60,422 nt of DNA from the NCBI GenBank assembly GCA_049419605.1, contig JBMSKF010000006.1:1-60422 (forward strand), in the 5' to 3' direction. The notes beneath the pieces are model-generated. The model was not told where the DNA came from and did no database searches. It saw only the letters and a list, made by a program, of their open reading frames with translations. How positions within the stretch are numbered: position 1 is the stretch's first letter; every line of letters starts with the position of its first letter. Made by a program: the position numbers and the translations under genes. Source of the stretch: Bacilli bacterium (GTDB lineage Bacteria; Bacillota_I; Bacilli_A; RFN20; CAG-826). This document shows, in pieces, positions 1 to 8,531 of the stretch.

Positions 1-998
1 TGGCCGCTGATAAAGGCGCGCCAGAATTAGTCGAAGGTGTCAAATTATTTTTAGCACGTAATCCTGGTGATTACCGTTTAGTCGCTGTCGGTAAACAAGA
101 AGAACTCCAAGGTTTAAAAGGGATTGCGGAGATTGTCGATGCTCGAGATGTTGTTCCCATGGAAGCAGGCGCACGCGATGTGTTAAGAATGAAGGAATCG
201 TCCATGATGAAGGCGATTGATTTATATGAAACGCTCAAAGCCGATGCGATGATTTCTTGTGGTGGCACCGGTGCCTATTTATCGGCCGCAACTTTAAAAT
301 TAAAACTTATTCCTGGTGTGGAACGTGCGGCTTTGATTGTTCCCATGCCCAATGCGATTGGTAAAATTACCAACGTTTTAGATATTGGCGCAAGTAATGA
401 AAATAGTGCTGAACATTTAGTGCAATTTGCAGAGATGGGTCGTTTATTTAATCAAGCTGTGTATGGAAATAAAGTGCCTAGAGTTTATGTGATGGCCAAT
501 GGCACTGAACATAAAAAAGGATCACCTGAAAGTAAAAAGGCTTTAGAAATGTTAAAGGCAATGAACTTTCCTGGTCTCCAAGGCAATATTGAAGGAAGAG
601 AATCTTTAAGTGGGATTGCTGATGTCATCGTCACCGATGGTTTCACCGGTAATGTCTATTTAAAGACCACAGAAGGTGTTTTTAAAATCATGTCGAATGA
701 AATTAAGAAAATCTTTAAACGGAATATTTTCTCGATGCTTGGTTATCTCTTTGCAAAAAAAGGTGTCAAACTCATGCAACATCGGTGGGATTATCGGACC
801 ACCGGTGGGAGCATGTTACTCGGACTTAATGGTGTCATTGTTAAAGCCCATGGTAGTAGTGACCGCGTCGCGTTTTCTTACGCGATGGAAGTGGGTAAGA
901 AATTAGCGGAAGCGAATATTGTCGAAACGATGAAGAAAGGATTTGCGAATGCGACCAGTTCAACAACTTCTGGATCAACTCCAACTTCAGCCACATAA
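1..998 (+). CDS. plsX: Phosphate acyltransferase PlsX (5'-truncated by window edge)
   Basis: Frame is open from position 3 (AADKGAPELV...). PlsX motifs LDIGASNE, GNIEGRE, DVIVTDGFTGNVYLKT and LLGLNGVIVKAHGSS are present. Confidence 0.95.
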   Translation, partial: AADKGAPELVEGVKLFLARNPGDYRLVAVGKQEELQGLKGIAEIVDARDVVPMEAGARDVLRMKESSMMKAIDLYETLKADAMISCGGTGAYLSAATLKLKLIPGVERAALIVPMPNAIGKITNVLDIGASNENSAEHLVQFAEMGRLFNQAVYGNKVPRVYVMANGTEHKKGSPESKKALEMLKAMNFPGLQGNIEGRESLSGIADVIVTDGFTGNVYLKTTEGVFKIMSNEIKKIFKRNIFSMLGYLFAKKGVKLMQHRWDYRTTGGSMLLGLNGVIVKAHGSSDRVAFSYAMEVGKKLAEANIVETMKKGFANATSSTTSGSTPTSAT

Positions 999-1635
999 CT
1001 TAGGGCTTTATCAACTAGCCTTTACCCATACTTCTGTGAATGCCTCAGGCAAAAGTATCGGTAAAGACTACGAACGATTAGAGTTTATGGGAGATGCATT
1101 TATTTCCATGGTCGTTGCCGACCTTGTGTTTAAACTTCATCCAGAATGGTCCCAAGGGGAATTGAGTAAGACGCGTGCTAAATTTGTCCAGACCAATAGT
1201 CTTGTAATCATTGCTAGAGACTTAAAGATTTCAGAATATGTCACGATTGGACCGTCTATTAAAAGAGAAATGGTTGAACAAAGTGACAAGATTCTTGAAG
1301 ATATTTTTGAAGCTTTTGTTGGCGCGATTTATTTGGATTTAGGGTTTGAAAAAGCTTATGCCTTTGTCAGTTCCTTTTTCCAACCTTTAATTGTCGGTGT
1401 CAGTATGGACGATTTAACGGACTATAAAACAAGATTACAAGAAGAAATGCAAGCAGAATTCCGTGAAGCGGTCACGTATGAGAAGGTCGATGAATCAGGA
1501 CCTGCTCATGATAAAAGTTTTACTTTTCAAGTGAGTTTCAATGGGATTGTTTTAGGAACTGGCACAGGTCCAAGTAAAAAGAAAGCAGAACAAGCAGCGG
1601 CTAAACAAGCTTTAGAAAAGAAAGTAGTAAAATAA
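949..1635 (+). CDS. rnc: Ribonuclease III
   Basis: ERLEFMGDA signature, DIFEAFVGAIYLD and a C-terminal dsRBD (DYKTRLQE...GPAHDK...SKKKAEQAAA). SD AAAGGA lies 7 nt before ATG 949. Confidence 0.97.
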   Translation: MRPVQQLLDQLQLQPHNLGLYQLAFTHTSVNASGKSIGKDYERLEFMGDAFISMVVADLVFKLHPEWSQGELSKTRAKFVQTNSLVIIARDLKISEYVTIGPSIKREMVEQSDKILEDIFEAFVGAIYLDLGFEKAYAFVSSFFQPLIVGVSMDDLTDYKTRLQEEMQAEFREAVTYEKVDESGPAHDKSFTFQVSFNGIVLGTGTGPSKKKAEQAAAKQALEKKVVK

Positions 1636-1638
1636 GGT

Positions 1639-1878
1639 ATGGGATTTTTTGTAAGTTTACTTATTTTTATTGCCATCGATGCACTCGTAAGTAGTGTGCT
1701 CGTTGCCTTTGGTGTCGCCTTACCGATTGTGGATTTAGTGGTATCGTTCACCGTTGCCTTTGTTTTCGCTTACATGAACAGTCAAAAGCCAGTGTTAAGA
1801 AATATTCAATTTCACAAAAACTTTGCCTTTATCTTTGTGGTGTTACTCTTAATGCGTTACTTATTTAACTATGCCTAA
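1639..1878 (+). CDS. Hypothetical small membrane protein (about 3 TM)
   Basis: 79-aa hydrophobic ORF that fills the gap between rnc and ylxM and overlaps the ylxM start. Family not recognised. Confidence 0.6.
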   Translation: MGFFVSLLIFIAIDALVSSVLVAFGVALPIVDLVVSFTVAFVFAYMNSQKPVLRNIQFHKNFAFIFVVLLLMRYLFNYA

Positions 1879-2191
1879 ACTGAATACCTTGGCCGCCTTT
1901 AGTGACATCAATGCTTTATTTGATACGTATGGCAAACTTTTGACCACGCATCAACAAAGGTTGATGTCAGATTACTATCGATTTAATTTATCGTTAAAAG
2001 AAATTGCCGATCAACAAGGGATTAGTCGAGCAGCGGTTTCTGACACGTTAAATAAAGCAAAAAAAAGTCTCTATCATTTTGAAAAAATCTTGCAAATGAA
2101 ATCGATCCAAGATCAACTCAATGCAATCATTGAAGATGTAAGTTTACCCTCACCACTCAAGAAAAAACTATTAAATATTTTAAAGCGATAG
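1871..2191 (+). CDS. ylxM: YlxM/UPF0122 family DNA-binding protein
   Basis: LFDTYGKLLT..Q...YY..NLSLKEIAD..GISRAAVSD.L sigma-70 region 4-like HTH typical of YlxM. Confidence 0.9.
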   Translation: MPKLNTLAAFSDINALFDTYGKLLTTHQQRLMSDYYRFNLSLKEIADQQGISRAAVSDTLNKAKKSLYHFEKILQMKSIQDQLNAIIEDVSLPSPLKKKLLNILKR

Positions 2192-2998
2192 TAAAGCGAG
2201 CAGAAGGGTAAAGGTTCCAACCCCGACTAGATAATAACCAAACCATTTGAAATGTTTTAGGTTTAAAAATTGAAAGACCAATTTAAGTGTAATCAAGGTG
2301 ACAATGCTGGAAACAATCGTCGCGATGATGGAATAGGCAAGCAACGTTGAATCAAAACCATCAATCCGATCAAATGAGACGACAAAGCTTCCTAATGTAA
2401 TTGGGATAAATAATAAGAACGCAAATTCTTTTGCTTTGGCTAAGGTTAAACCACCCAATAAACCTCCTAATAAGGTTGATCCGCTACGAGAGACGCCTGG
2501 TAAAATACCGAGAACTTGAAATAGTCCACTGATGAATGTGTTTTTCAACGTATATTGACCATAACTTAATTTGGCGAAGCGCGGAATAATGAAGAGTAAG
2601 GATGCTGTAAAGTAAAAACTTACGCCAACAATCCATAAGGACTGAAATAAGTCATCAATCCAATCTTTGATGAAGTAGCCTGCAAGGGCTGCGGGGATCG
2701 TTGCAATCACTAAGTAAACAATCAGCATCATGTCATCTTGAATTGCATCATTTCGTTTCCCTGCTACGAATTGAATCAAATGGATAACTAATCGCCACAT
2801 GATTGGAAAGAAGAACAATAAAAAAGCAAATAAAGACCCTACGTGCAATAGCAAGGCGAAGATGGCTTCATTGCCTGCATTGGTGTTCAGTAATGCTTGA
2901 AAGAGGGCTAAATGACCGGAACTTGAAATCGGTAAGACTTCACTAATGCCTTGAATGATTGCTAATAAAAGGTAACGCAAAAGATCGATGATATTCAT
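2180..2998 (-). CDS. uppP: Undecaprenyl-diphosphate phosphatase
   Basis: QGISEVLPISSSGHL and LPGVSRSGST motifs of the BacA/UppP family. Confidence 0.95.
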   Translation of the reverse strand: MNIIDLLRYLLLAIIQGISEVLPISSSGHLALFQALLNTNAGNEAIFALLLHVGSLFAFLLFFFPIMWRLVIHLIQFVAGKRNDAIQDDMMLIVYLVIATIPAALAGYFIKDWIDDLFQSLWIVGVSFYFTASLLFIIPRFAKLSYGQYTLKNTFISGLFQVLGILPGVSRSGSTLLGGLLGGLTLAKAKEFAFLLFIPITLGSFVVSFDRIDGFDSTLLAYSIIATIVSSIVTLITLKLVFQFLNLKHFKWFGYYLVGVGTFTLLLALLSL

Positions 2999-3765
2999 CG
3001 TTTTGTAAACTTCCTTCCTTTTTCAATCGCAGCGATTTCCCAATCTCCAATGCGATGCTCTTCAAGTTCTTGGATTAAACTTTTCATTTCTTTGGTGAGC
3101 ACTAATTGCTGAAATAAATCAGGGCGATGTAGTTTAGTTAACCTTAGCGATTCTTTTAACCGCCATTTACGAATAGCCTCATGATTGCCAGAATATAGAA
3201 TATCTGGCACCACTTGGTTTTCTAATAATCTTGGTTCGGTATATTGAGGGTACTCTAATAGTCCATGTGTAAAGGATTCTTCATTTAATGATTCGGCTTC
3301 AATCACGCCTGGCAATAGGCGAATAATCGCATCTAAAATTGCCATTGCAGCAATTTCTCCACCCGTCATTACAAAATCTCCTAAGGAAATGGATTCATCG
3401 ACTTCCGTATAGATTCGTTCATCAAAGCCTTCATAATGACCACAAATTAATGTGATGGATGCTTCTTTACTTAATCTCACTGCGTCTGCTTGTTTAAATG
3501 TTTTCCCACGTGGTGTGAGTAAGATTTTTCTTCCTGGTTGTGAAATGGATTTAAGCGCATCTGCAATAGGTTGATATTTTAAGACAAGTCCGGCACCACC
3601 ACCAATCGGAGGGGTATCAACGCGACGATATGGGTCTTTGGTAAAGTCACGAAATTGTACCAATTGAATGGATGCCTTCTCTTCTCCAAGGGCGCGCTTC
3701 ACTATTGAAGTTTGCATCATCCCTTGAAACATGTCTGGAAATAAAGTTAGAACATGAAATTTCAT
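2995..3765 (-). CDS. trmD: tRNA (guanine-N1)-methyltransferase
   Basis: VLTLFPDMF, LICGHYEGFDERI, SLGDFVMTGGE and LLEYPQYTEP motifs. Confidence 0.97.
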   Translation of the reverse strand: MKFHVLTLFPDMFQGMMQTSIVKRALGEEKASIQLVQFRDFTKDPYRRVDTPPIGGGAGLVLKYQPIADALKSISQPGRKILLTPRGKTFKQADAVRLSKEASITLICGHYEGFDERIYTEVDESISLGDFVMTGGEIAAMAILDAIIRLLPGVIEAESLNEESFTHGLLEYPQYTEPRLLENQVVPDILYSGNHEAIRKWRLKESLRLTKLHRPDLFQQLVLTKEMKSLIQELEEHRIGDWEIAAIEKGRKFTKR

Positions 3766-4274
3766 TACATGCCCTCAATCAAATGCACTTGAATCGTTTT
3801 TGTCTCAATATTGACGTTACGAATAAAGACGTCTAAAAAAGGAATAAGCATGATCGTTTGATCGACTTTTTTAACCCTTAAATTGACACGATTGGCGATG
3901 CGTTCAACGGCAAGTACCTCACCATAAAGGTGTTGATTCGAATCCTGAATGACCTTTGCACCAACGAGATCTTCATAAAAATAGTGACCATGCTTTAACC
4001 GTAGATCAGCTTTGGGGGCATAAAGGTAAAGGTTCATCCAATCTTGAACAAGGTTGATATTCTCAAAACCTTTAAATTGAGCAAAATCGATGCCTGGCTG
4101 GTGATGAGCATGCTTCACGACAAGAGGAATATATTCACCATTTTTTTCTAAAAAAACTGTATTGCCTTTTCGGTACCGTAGCATTGGAAAATCAGTTAAG
4201 GAAGCGATTTTTAGTTCGCCTTGTAACCCTCTAGTATTGATGATACGACCGATGGTTAATAATTTAGTTTCCAT
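3765..4274 (-). CDS. rimM: Ribosome maturation factor RimM
   Basis: IGRIINTRGLQGELKI N-terminus and a PRC barrel (LIPF). Lies between khpA and trmD. Start taken at ATG 4274. Confidence 0.93.
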   Translation of the reverse strand: METKLLTIGRIINTRGLQGELKIASLTDFPMLRYRKGNTVFLEKNGEYIPLVVKHAHHQPGIDFAQFKGFENINLVQDWMNLYLYAPKADLRLKHGHYFYEDLVGAKVIQDSNQHLYGEVLAVERIANRVNLRVKKVDQTIMLIPFLDVFIRNVNIETKTIQVHLIEGM

Positions 4275-4293
4275 AGAAAAAAACCGAGGATGA

Positions 4294-4560
4294 TTATTCC
4301 TCGGTTGTGGTCTTCTCAAAAGTTTCGAATTTAAGATGAACGCGTCGATTATCTATTTTTCCTGCAATCGAGAGGACTTCTCGAAGTGCATTGGCAATAA
4401 TACCTTTACGCCCAATTAATCTTGAGGTGTCTTCGCCTTCAGCAACAACTAATAAAGTTAAATCATAAGGATTGTCATTTTTTAATTCTCGAATTAAAAT
4501 AGCATCCTTATTTTCAACGAAATCATCAACAAATGCGTGAATGATCGCTGCGTAATCCAT
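4294..4560 (-). CDS. khpA: KH-domain RNA-binding protein KhpA (YlqC)
   Basis: DTSRLIGRKGIIANALR GxxG KH motif, directly after rpsP. Confidence 0.9.
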   Translation of the reverse strand: MDYAAIIHAFVDDFVENKDAILIRELKNDNPYDLTLLVVAEGEDTSRLIGRKGIIANALREVLSIAGKIDNRRVHLKFETFEKTTTEE

Positions 4561-4562
4561 AC

Positions 4563-4835
4563 TTATTTACCTTTTTTAGTCGCGATAAATTTAGCAATGA
4601 TCCCTTTGTGTTTGAAAATGGTGCGAACTGTATCGGAAACTTGAGCACCTAAGCCTAACCATTTTAAGGCAATCGTTTCATCGATAGTGGCATCAGTTGC
4701 AGGTTTTTGTGGATTATAAAAACCGATTTGTTCAACATAACGACCATCACGAGAATACCGTGAGTCTGCGGCAACGATTCGGTAAGAAGGATCTGAGTGA
4801 CGACCGGTACGAGCTAAACGAATTTTAACAGCCAT
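4563..4835 (-). CDS. rpsP: 30S ribosomal protein S16
   Basis: MAVKIRLAR...YRIVAADSR..RDGR..EQIGFYNP. Confidence 0.98.
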   Translation of the reverse strand: MAVKIRLARTGRHSDPSYRIVAADSRYSRDGRYVEQIGFYNPQKPATDATIDETIALKWLGLGAQVSDTVRTIFKHKGIIAKFIATKKGK

Positions 4836-4861
4836 ATAGTTCTCCTTTTTATGACTTCTTT

Positions 4862-4890
4862 AATGTATCGTATGAGCTTTTATCTGTCAA
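4862..4890 (-). promoter_or_regulatory. SigA promoter of the rpsP-khpA-rimM-trmD-uppP operon
   Basis: Minus strand TTGACA-17 nt-TACATT. Confidence 0.75.
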
Positions 4891-4923
4891 GTTTTTTTAC
4901 TTTACATCGTTAAAGAAGAATCG

Positions 4924-4952
4924 TTGCAACTTCAACTTGGATTTGATAATAT
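4924..4952 (+). promoter_or_regulatory. SigA promoter of rplS
   Basis: TTGCAA-17 nt-TAATAT with an extended -10 TGn. Confidence 0.55.
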
Positions 4953-4972
4953 GGAAAAGCGTTAAACGCTAG

Positions 4973-5010
4973 AAGTGGTCCGCTATGGTCACAATCCACA
5001 AGAACACTTT
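4973..5010 (+). ncRNA. L19 ribosomal protein leader (cis-regulatory RNA)
   Basis: AAGTGGTCCGCT...AAGAACACTT stem in the rplS 5' UTR resembles the Bacillota L19_leader pattern (GTTCCGCT...GAAC). Confidence 0.7.
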
Positions 5011-5039
5011 GACAAACATTATGAAGGAGGCAATCGATC

Positions 5040-5390
5040 ATGAATCTAAAACTCGTCGATCAGATTAATGCCGAGCAGCTCAAGAAGGATGTTCCAAGTT
5101 TCAAATCCGGTGACACTGTGAAAGTCATGGTGCGCATCATTGAAAGTGGTAAAGAACGTTTACAAGCTTTTGAAGGGATTGTCATTGCCCGTAAGGGAAG
5201 TGGCATCAATGAAAGTTTTAAAGTTCGTAAGGTTTCAAATGGCATTGGTGTCCATCGTATTTTTCCAATCCACGCGCCAACCGTTGCCAGCATTGAAGTC
5301 TTAAAGAAGGGTAAAGTTCGTCGTAACAAACTTACCTATCTCTCTAAGTTATCTGGTAAAGCCGCTAGAATTAAAGAAGTTCTAGAATAA
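5040..5390 (+). CDS. rplS: 50S ribosomal protein L19
   Basis: PSFKSGDTVKV, KERLQAFEGIVIA and GKVRRNKLTYL motifs. SD AAGGAGG. Confidence 0.98.
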   Translation: MNLKLVDQINAEQLKKDVPSFKSGDTVKVMVRIIESGKERLQAFEGIVIARKGSGINESFKVRKVSNGIGVHRIFPIHAPTVASIEVLKKGKVRRNKLTYLSKLSGKAARIKEVLE

Positions 5391-5422
5391 ACCATTATTT
5401 TATTAATCCATTGTGACAACTT

Positions 5423-5445
5423 AGATTCCTTCGGGAATCTTTTTT
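5423..5445 (+). terminator. Rho-independent terminator after rplS
   Basis: AGATTCC-TTCG-GGAATCT followed by a T tract. Confidence 0.85.
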
Positions 5446-5479
5446 GTTGTCATCAATGGAAGTGTTTATAATAGTGAGG

Positions 5480-6109
5480 ATGAAATATTTACCGAGTTGG
5501 CTTAAAAAACTAATATCCGTTTTATCACAATTACTCTTTATTGTTCTTATCTTAACGGGTGGACTGGTCATTTTTCATAATTTTTATTTTACGCCGATTA
5601 AGATTGTTGGCAGTTCGATGGAACCCACTTTAGTGAATCAAGAGTTTGGTGTGATGGATCAAAATCCACAAACGCTAAAAAACCTTGAACGATTTGATAT
5701 TGTAATTGTTAAACAAAATCCTACCGTTGACCGTTATTTGATTAAGCGTTTAATTGGGCTTCCCGGTGAAACGATTGCTTTACAAGAAGATGGAACGTTA
5801 CTCGTAAATGGTTTAATCGTTGATCAACCATTTCTACCCGAAGTGGGTTATCAAGAACGGACTTGTTCAAATGCAAATGCTATCGGTTGTATTCCTTTAA
5901 CGCTCGATGATGAAAGCTATTTTGTGATGGGGGATAATCGTGGATTTTCCACAGATTCAAGAGTTTTTGGGCCGATTCAAACGGATCAATTAATTGGGAA
6001 ACTGTTTGCTATTGAAGGGATTTGTCAGGGTCATACTACAACTTCTGCAAATGATGATCCTGATACATGTGGGACGCGTCAATATTTTTGGCCAAGGATA
6101 TTTGCATGA
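5480..6109 (+). CDS. lepB: Signal peptidase I
   Basis: TM helix followed by GSSMEPTL (Ser), IKRLIGLPG (Lys) and YFVMGDNR..STDSR. Confidence 0.95.
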   Translation: MKYLPSWLKKLISVLSQLLFIVLILTGGLVIFHNFYFTPIKIVGSSMEPTLVNQEFGVMDQNPQTLKNLERFDIVIVKQNPTVDRYLIKRLIGLPGETIALQEDGTLLVNGLIVDQPFLPEVGYQERTCSNANAIGCIPLTLDDESYFVMGDNRGFSTDSRVFGPIQTDQLIGKLFAIEGICQGHTTTSANDDPDTCGTRQYFWPRIFA

Positions 6110-6945
6110 ACCAAAAACAAACCCATTGGTATCCTGGCCACATGAACAAAGCAATCCAAGCAATCCAAGAAAAATTATCATGGATTGATTTGGTGATCGT
6201 TGCAGTCGATGCTAGAGCAATGGATGCTTGTATGCATTTACCATTTCAAACCCAAAAACCTACAATTTATGTGGTCAGTAAAACTGACTTAGCTGATCCA
6301 GAAGCTACGAAGGTCACGATCAATCGCTTGATTAAATTAGGTCATTCCGTTGTTTTAAGCAAAGGTAAAAGTATAGAATCTCGAAGTAAAATTCTTAGCG
6401 GCATGATGACATTAGGTGAACCAATCTGGCAAAAACAAGAAAAAAAAGGTTTTAAACGACAACCATTAAAGTCCATGATTATTGGTGTTCCGAATGTTGG
6501 AAAATCAAGTTTAATCAATTTGCTCGCTAAACAACATCGCGTGGCAACGGAAAATCGACCAGGGTCAACGCGCGGTCAACAATGGATCAAATTAGATGCA
6601 TGGTTTATGTTGTTAGACACCCCTGGAATTTTACCCCCACGGTTTGAAATGAAAGAGATATCTTTTCAACTTGCACTCATTGGTTCGATGCCTTTAAAAC
6701 AACTACCTCAAGAATTATTAGCCCATCATTTATATGATTGGATCACCAAACAATATCCAGAAATTTTAGTCAAACTTCATGGATCAATCCCACTTTCTCG
6801 GCAAGCTTTTTTTTATCAATGGGGTATGAAACGTGGTTGGAAAAAGCAAGATGAAGTCGATCTTGGACGTGTCTATGAATCTTTTTTAAAAGCATTCCAA
6901 GATGGAGAATTAGGTCCAATTTCTTTAGCTAATCTATCTTTATGA
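6106..6945 (+). CDS. rbgA: Ribosome biogenesis GTPase RbgA (YlqF)
   Basis: WYPGHMNKA, GVPNVGKSSLIN and LLDTPGIL circularly permuted GTPase motifs. Confidence 0.95.
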   Translation: MNQKQTHWYPGHMNKAIQAIQEKLSWIDLVIVAVDARAMDACMHLPFQTQKPTIYVVSKTDLADPEATKVTINRLIKLGHSVVLSKGKSIESRSKILSGMMTLGEPIWQKQEKKGFKRQPLKSMIIGVPNVGKSSLINLLAKQHRVATENRPGSTRGQQWIKLDAWFMLLDTPGILPPRFEMKEISFQLALIGSMPLKQLPQELLAHHLYDWITKQYPEILVKLHGSIPLSRQAFFYQWGMKRGWKKQDEVDLGRVYESFLKAFQDGELGPISLANLSL

Positions 6946-7565
6946 AAAAAAATGTTGATTCTACGTATTATCAACAAGGATATCAACTCATTGCCGGATG
7001 TGATGAAGCTGGTCGAGGTCCGATTGCAGGTCCTGTGGTTGCGGCTGCTGTAATTCTTCCTCAAGACTTTTTTGATCCACGCATTCATGATTCTAAACAA
7101 TTAAATGCCACGATTCGCACTGAATTGTTCTCATTGATTCAATCGAAGGCATTAAGCTTTGCAGTCACGGTTATTGATGTAGACACGATTACTAAAATTA
7201 ATATTTTAGAAGCTTCTAGACTTGCAATGCAATTGTGTTTAGAAAAATTAACAATCGAATATGATTTGGTTCTATCGGATGCGATGAAATTACCTAAACA
7301 AACCGTCAAGGTAATTCCTTTGATTCATGGTGATGCTTTATCACAAACTATTGCCGCAAGCAGTATCCTTGCCAAAGTCACCCGAGATCAATGGATGGAT
7401 AAGTTAGATCAACATTATCCGCATTATTTATTTTCCCAACACAAAGGTTATCCTACCCCTCAACATTTAACTTTATTAAAAAAATATGGACCTATTTCTG
7501 GTATCCATCGCCCCACCTTTGGTCCAGTTAAAAAAATCATTCAGCAAAAAGTTTCTCTTTTTTAG
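6942..7565 (+). CDS. rnhB: Ribonuclease HII
   Basis: AGCDEAGRGPIAGPVVAAAV, DSKQL, AASSILAKVTRD and HKGYPT motifs. Confidence 0.97.
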   Translation: MKKNVDSTYYQQGYQLIAGCDEAGRGPIAGPVVAAAVILPQDFFDPRIHDSKQLNATIRTELFSLIQSKALSFAVTVIDVDTITKINILEASRLAMQLCLEKLTIEYDLVLSDAMKLPKQTVKVIPLIHGDALSQTIAASSILAKVTRDQWMDKLDQHYPHYLFSQHKGYPTPQHLTLLKKYGPISGIHRPTFGPVKKIIQQKVSLF

Positions 7566-7610
7566 TTGATGTTTAAGATTTGACCTCTATTGATAGATAG
7601 AGGACAAGTT

Positions 7611-8444
7611 ATGATCAAAGGTCGTGACATTATTATTTACTTAGCAATGAAGTATGCTGGAGATTGGAATGCGATTTACCAAGCGATAAAGCAAAAAGAA
7701 ATTGTTGATGAGACGTTGGTGAGGTCAGAACTTGAGTCAATCAAGAGTTCAGTTGTAACCATCATCGATGAAAGTTATCCAGAATCATTAAAGAAAATAT
7801 ATAAACCCCCTTTTGTCTTGTTTTACTATGGGGATCTAAATTTAATATATCGCTTAGAAAAAACCATTGCTGTGATCGGCAGTCGACACCCTTCAGCATA
7901 CGGTTTAGAAATGACTGAAACCATCACAAAATCTTTAGTGGATGAAGGCATCATGATTGTTTCTGGCCTAGCATATGGTGTTGATATTAAGTCGCATCAG
8001 ACAGTAATCACCCATGCAGGTAAAACAATAGGGGTATTAGGATCAGGCATCGATGTTTGTTATCCCAAAGAACACATAGAAACCTATGAAGTAATGAAAA
8101 AAGAACATCTCGTTATCAGTGAATATCCTAATGCAACGCCACCAAATAAAGATCATTTTCCTTGGAGAAATCGCTTGATTGCTGGTCTTGCTAGAGGTGT
8201 ATTTGTTGCTGAAGCAAAAAAAAGAAGTGGGACGTTGATTACGGTTGGTTATGCACTCTATTTAGGAAAAGATGTTTATGTGCTTCCCCATCAGGCCAAT
8301 ACAGACAATTCAACTAATCAATTGATAAAAGATGGCGCAGTGTTGGTGGAATCTGGCCAAGATATTTTAGAGCATTTATTAGGAAGTCAGGAGAAAGAAA
8401 AAACACTACTGCAACATCCTGAACCAGAAAAAAAGTTTATTTGA
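7611..8444 (+). CDS. dprA: DNA-processing protein DprA
   Basis: PPFVLFYYG, IAVIGSR, VSGLAYGVD, FPWRNRLIAG and SGTLIT motifs. Confidence 0.95.
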   Translation: MIKGRDIIIYLAMKYAGDWNAIYQAIKQKEIVDETLVRSELESIKSSVVTIIDESYPESLKKIYKPPFVLFYYGDLNLIYRLEKTIAVIGSRHPSAYGLEMTETITKSLVDEGIMIVSGLAYGVDIKSHQTVITHAGKTIGVLGSGIDVCYPKEHIETYEVMKKEHLVISEYPNATPPNKDHFPWRNRLIAGLARGVFVAEAKKRSGTLITVGYALYLGKDVYVLPHQANTDNSTNQLIKDGAVLVESGQDILEHLLGSQEKEKTLLQHPEPEKKFI

Positions 8445-8531
8445 ATTTTCTAAAGAAAAAGTAAGGTTGTAAGTTTTTTGATTTGACAATTTTACTTTTC
8501 ATAAGATAATGAACTATGTTTAGGAGCAACC

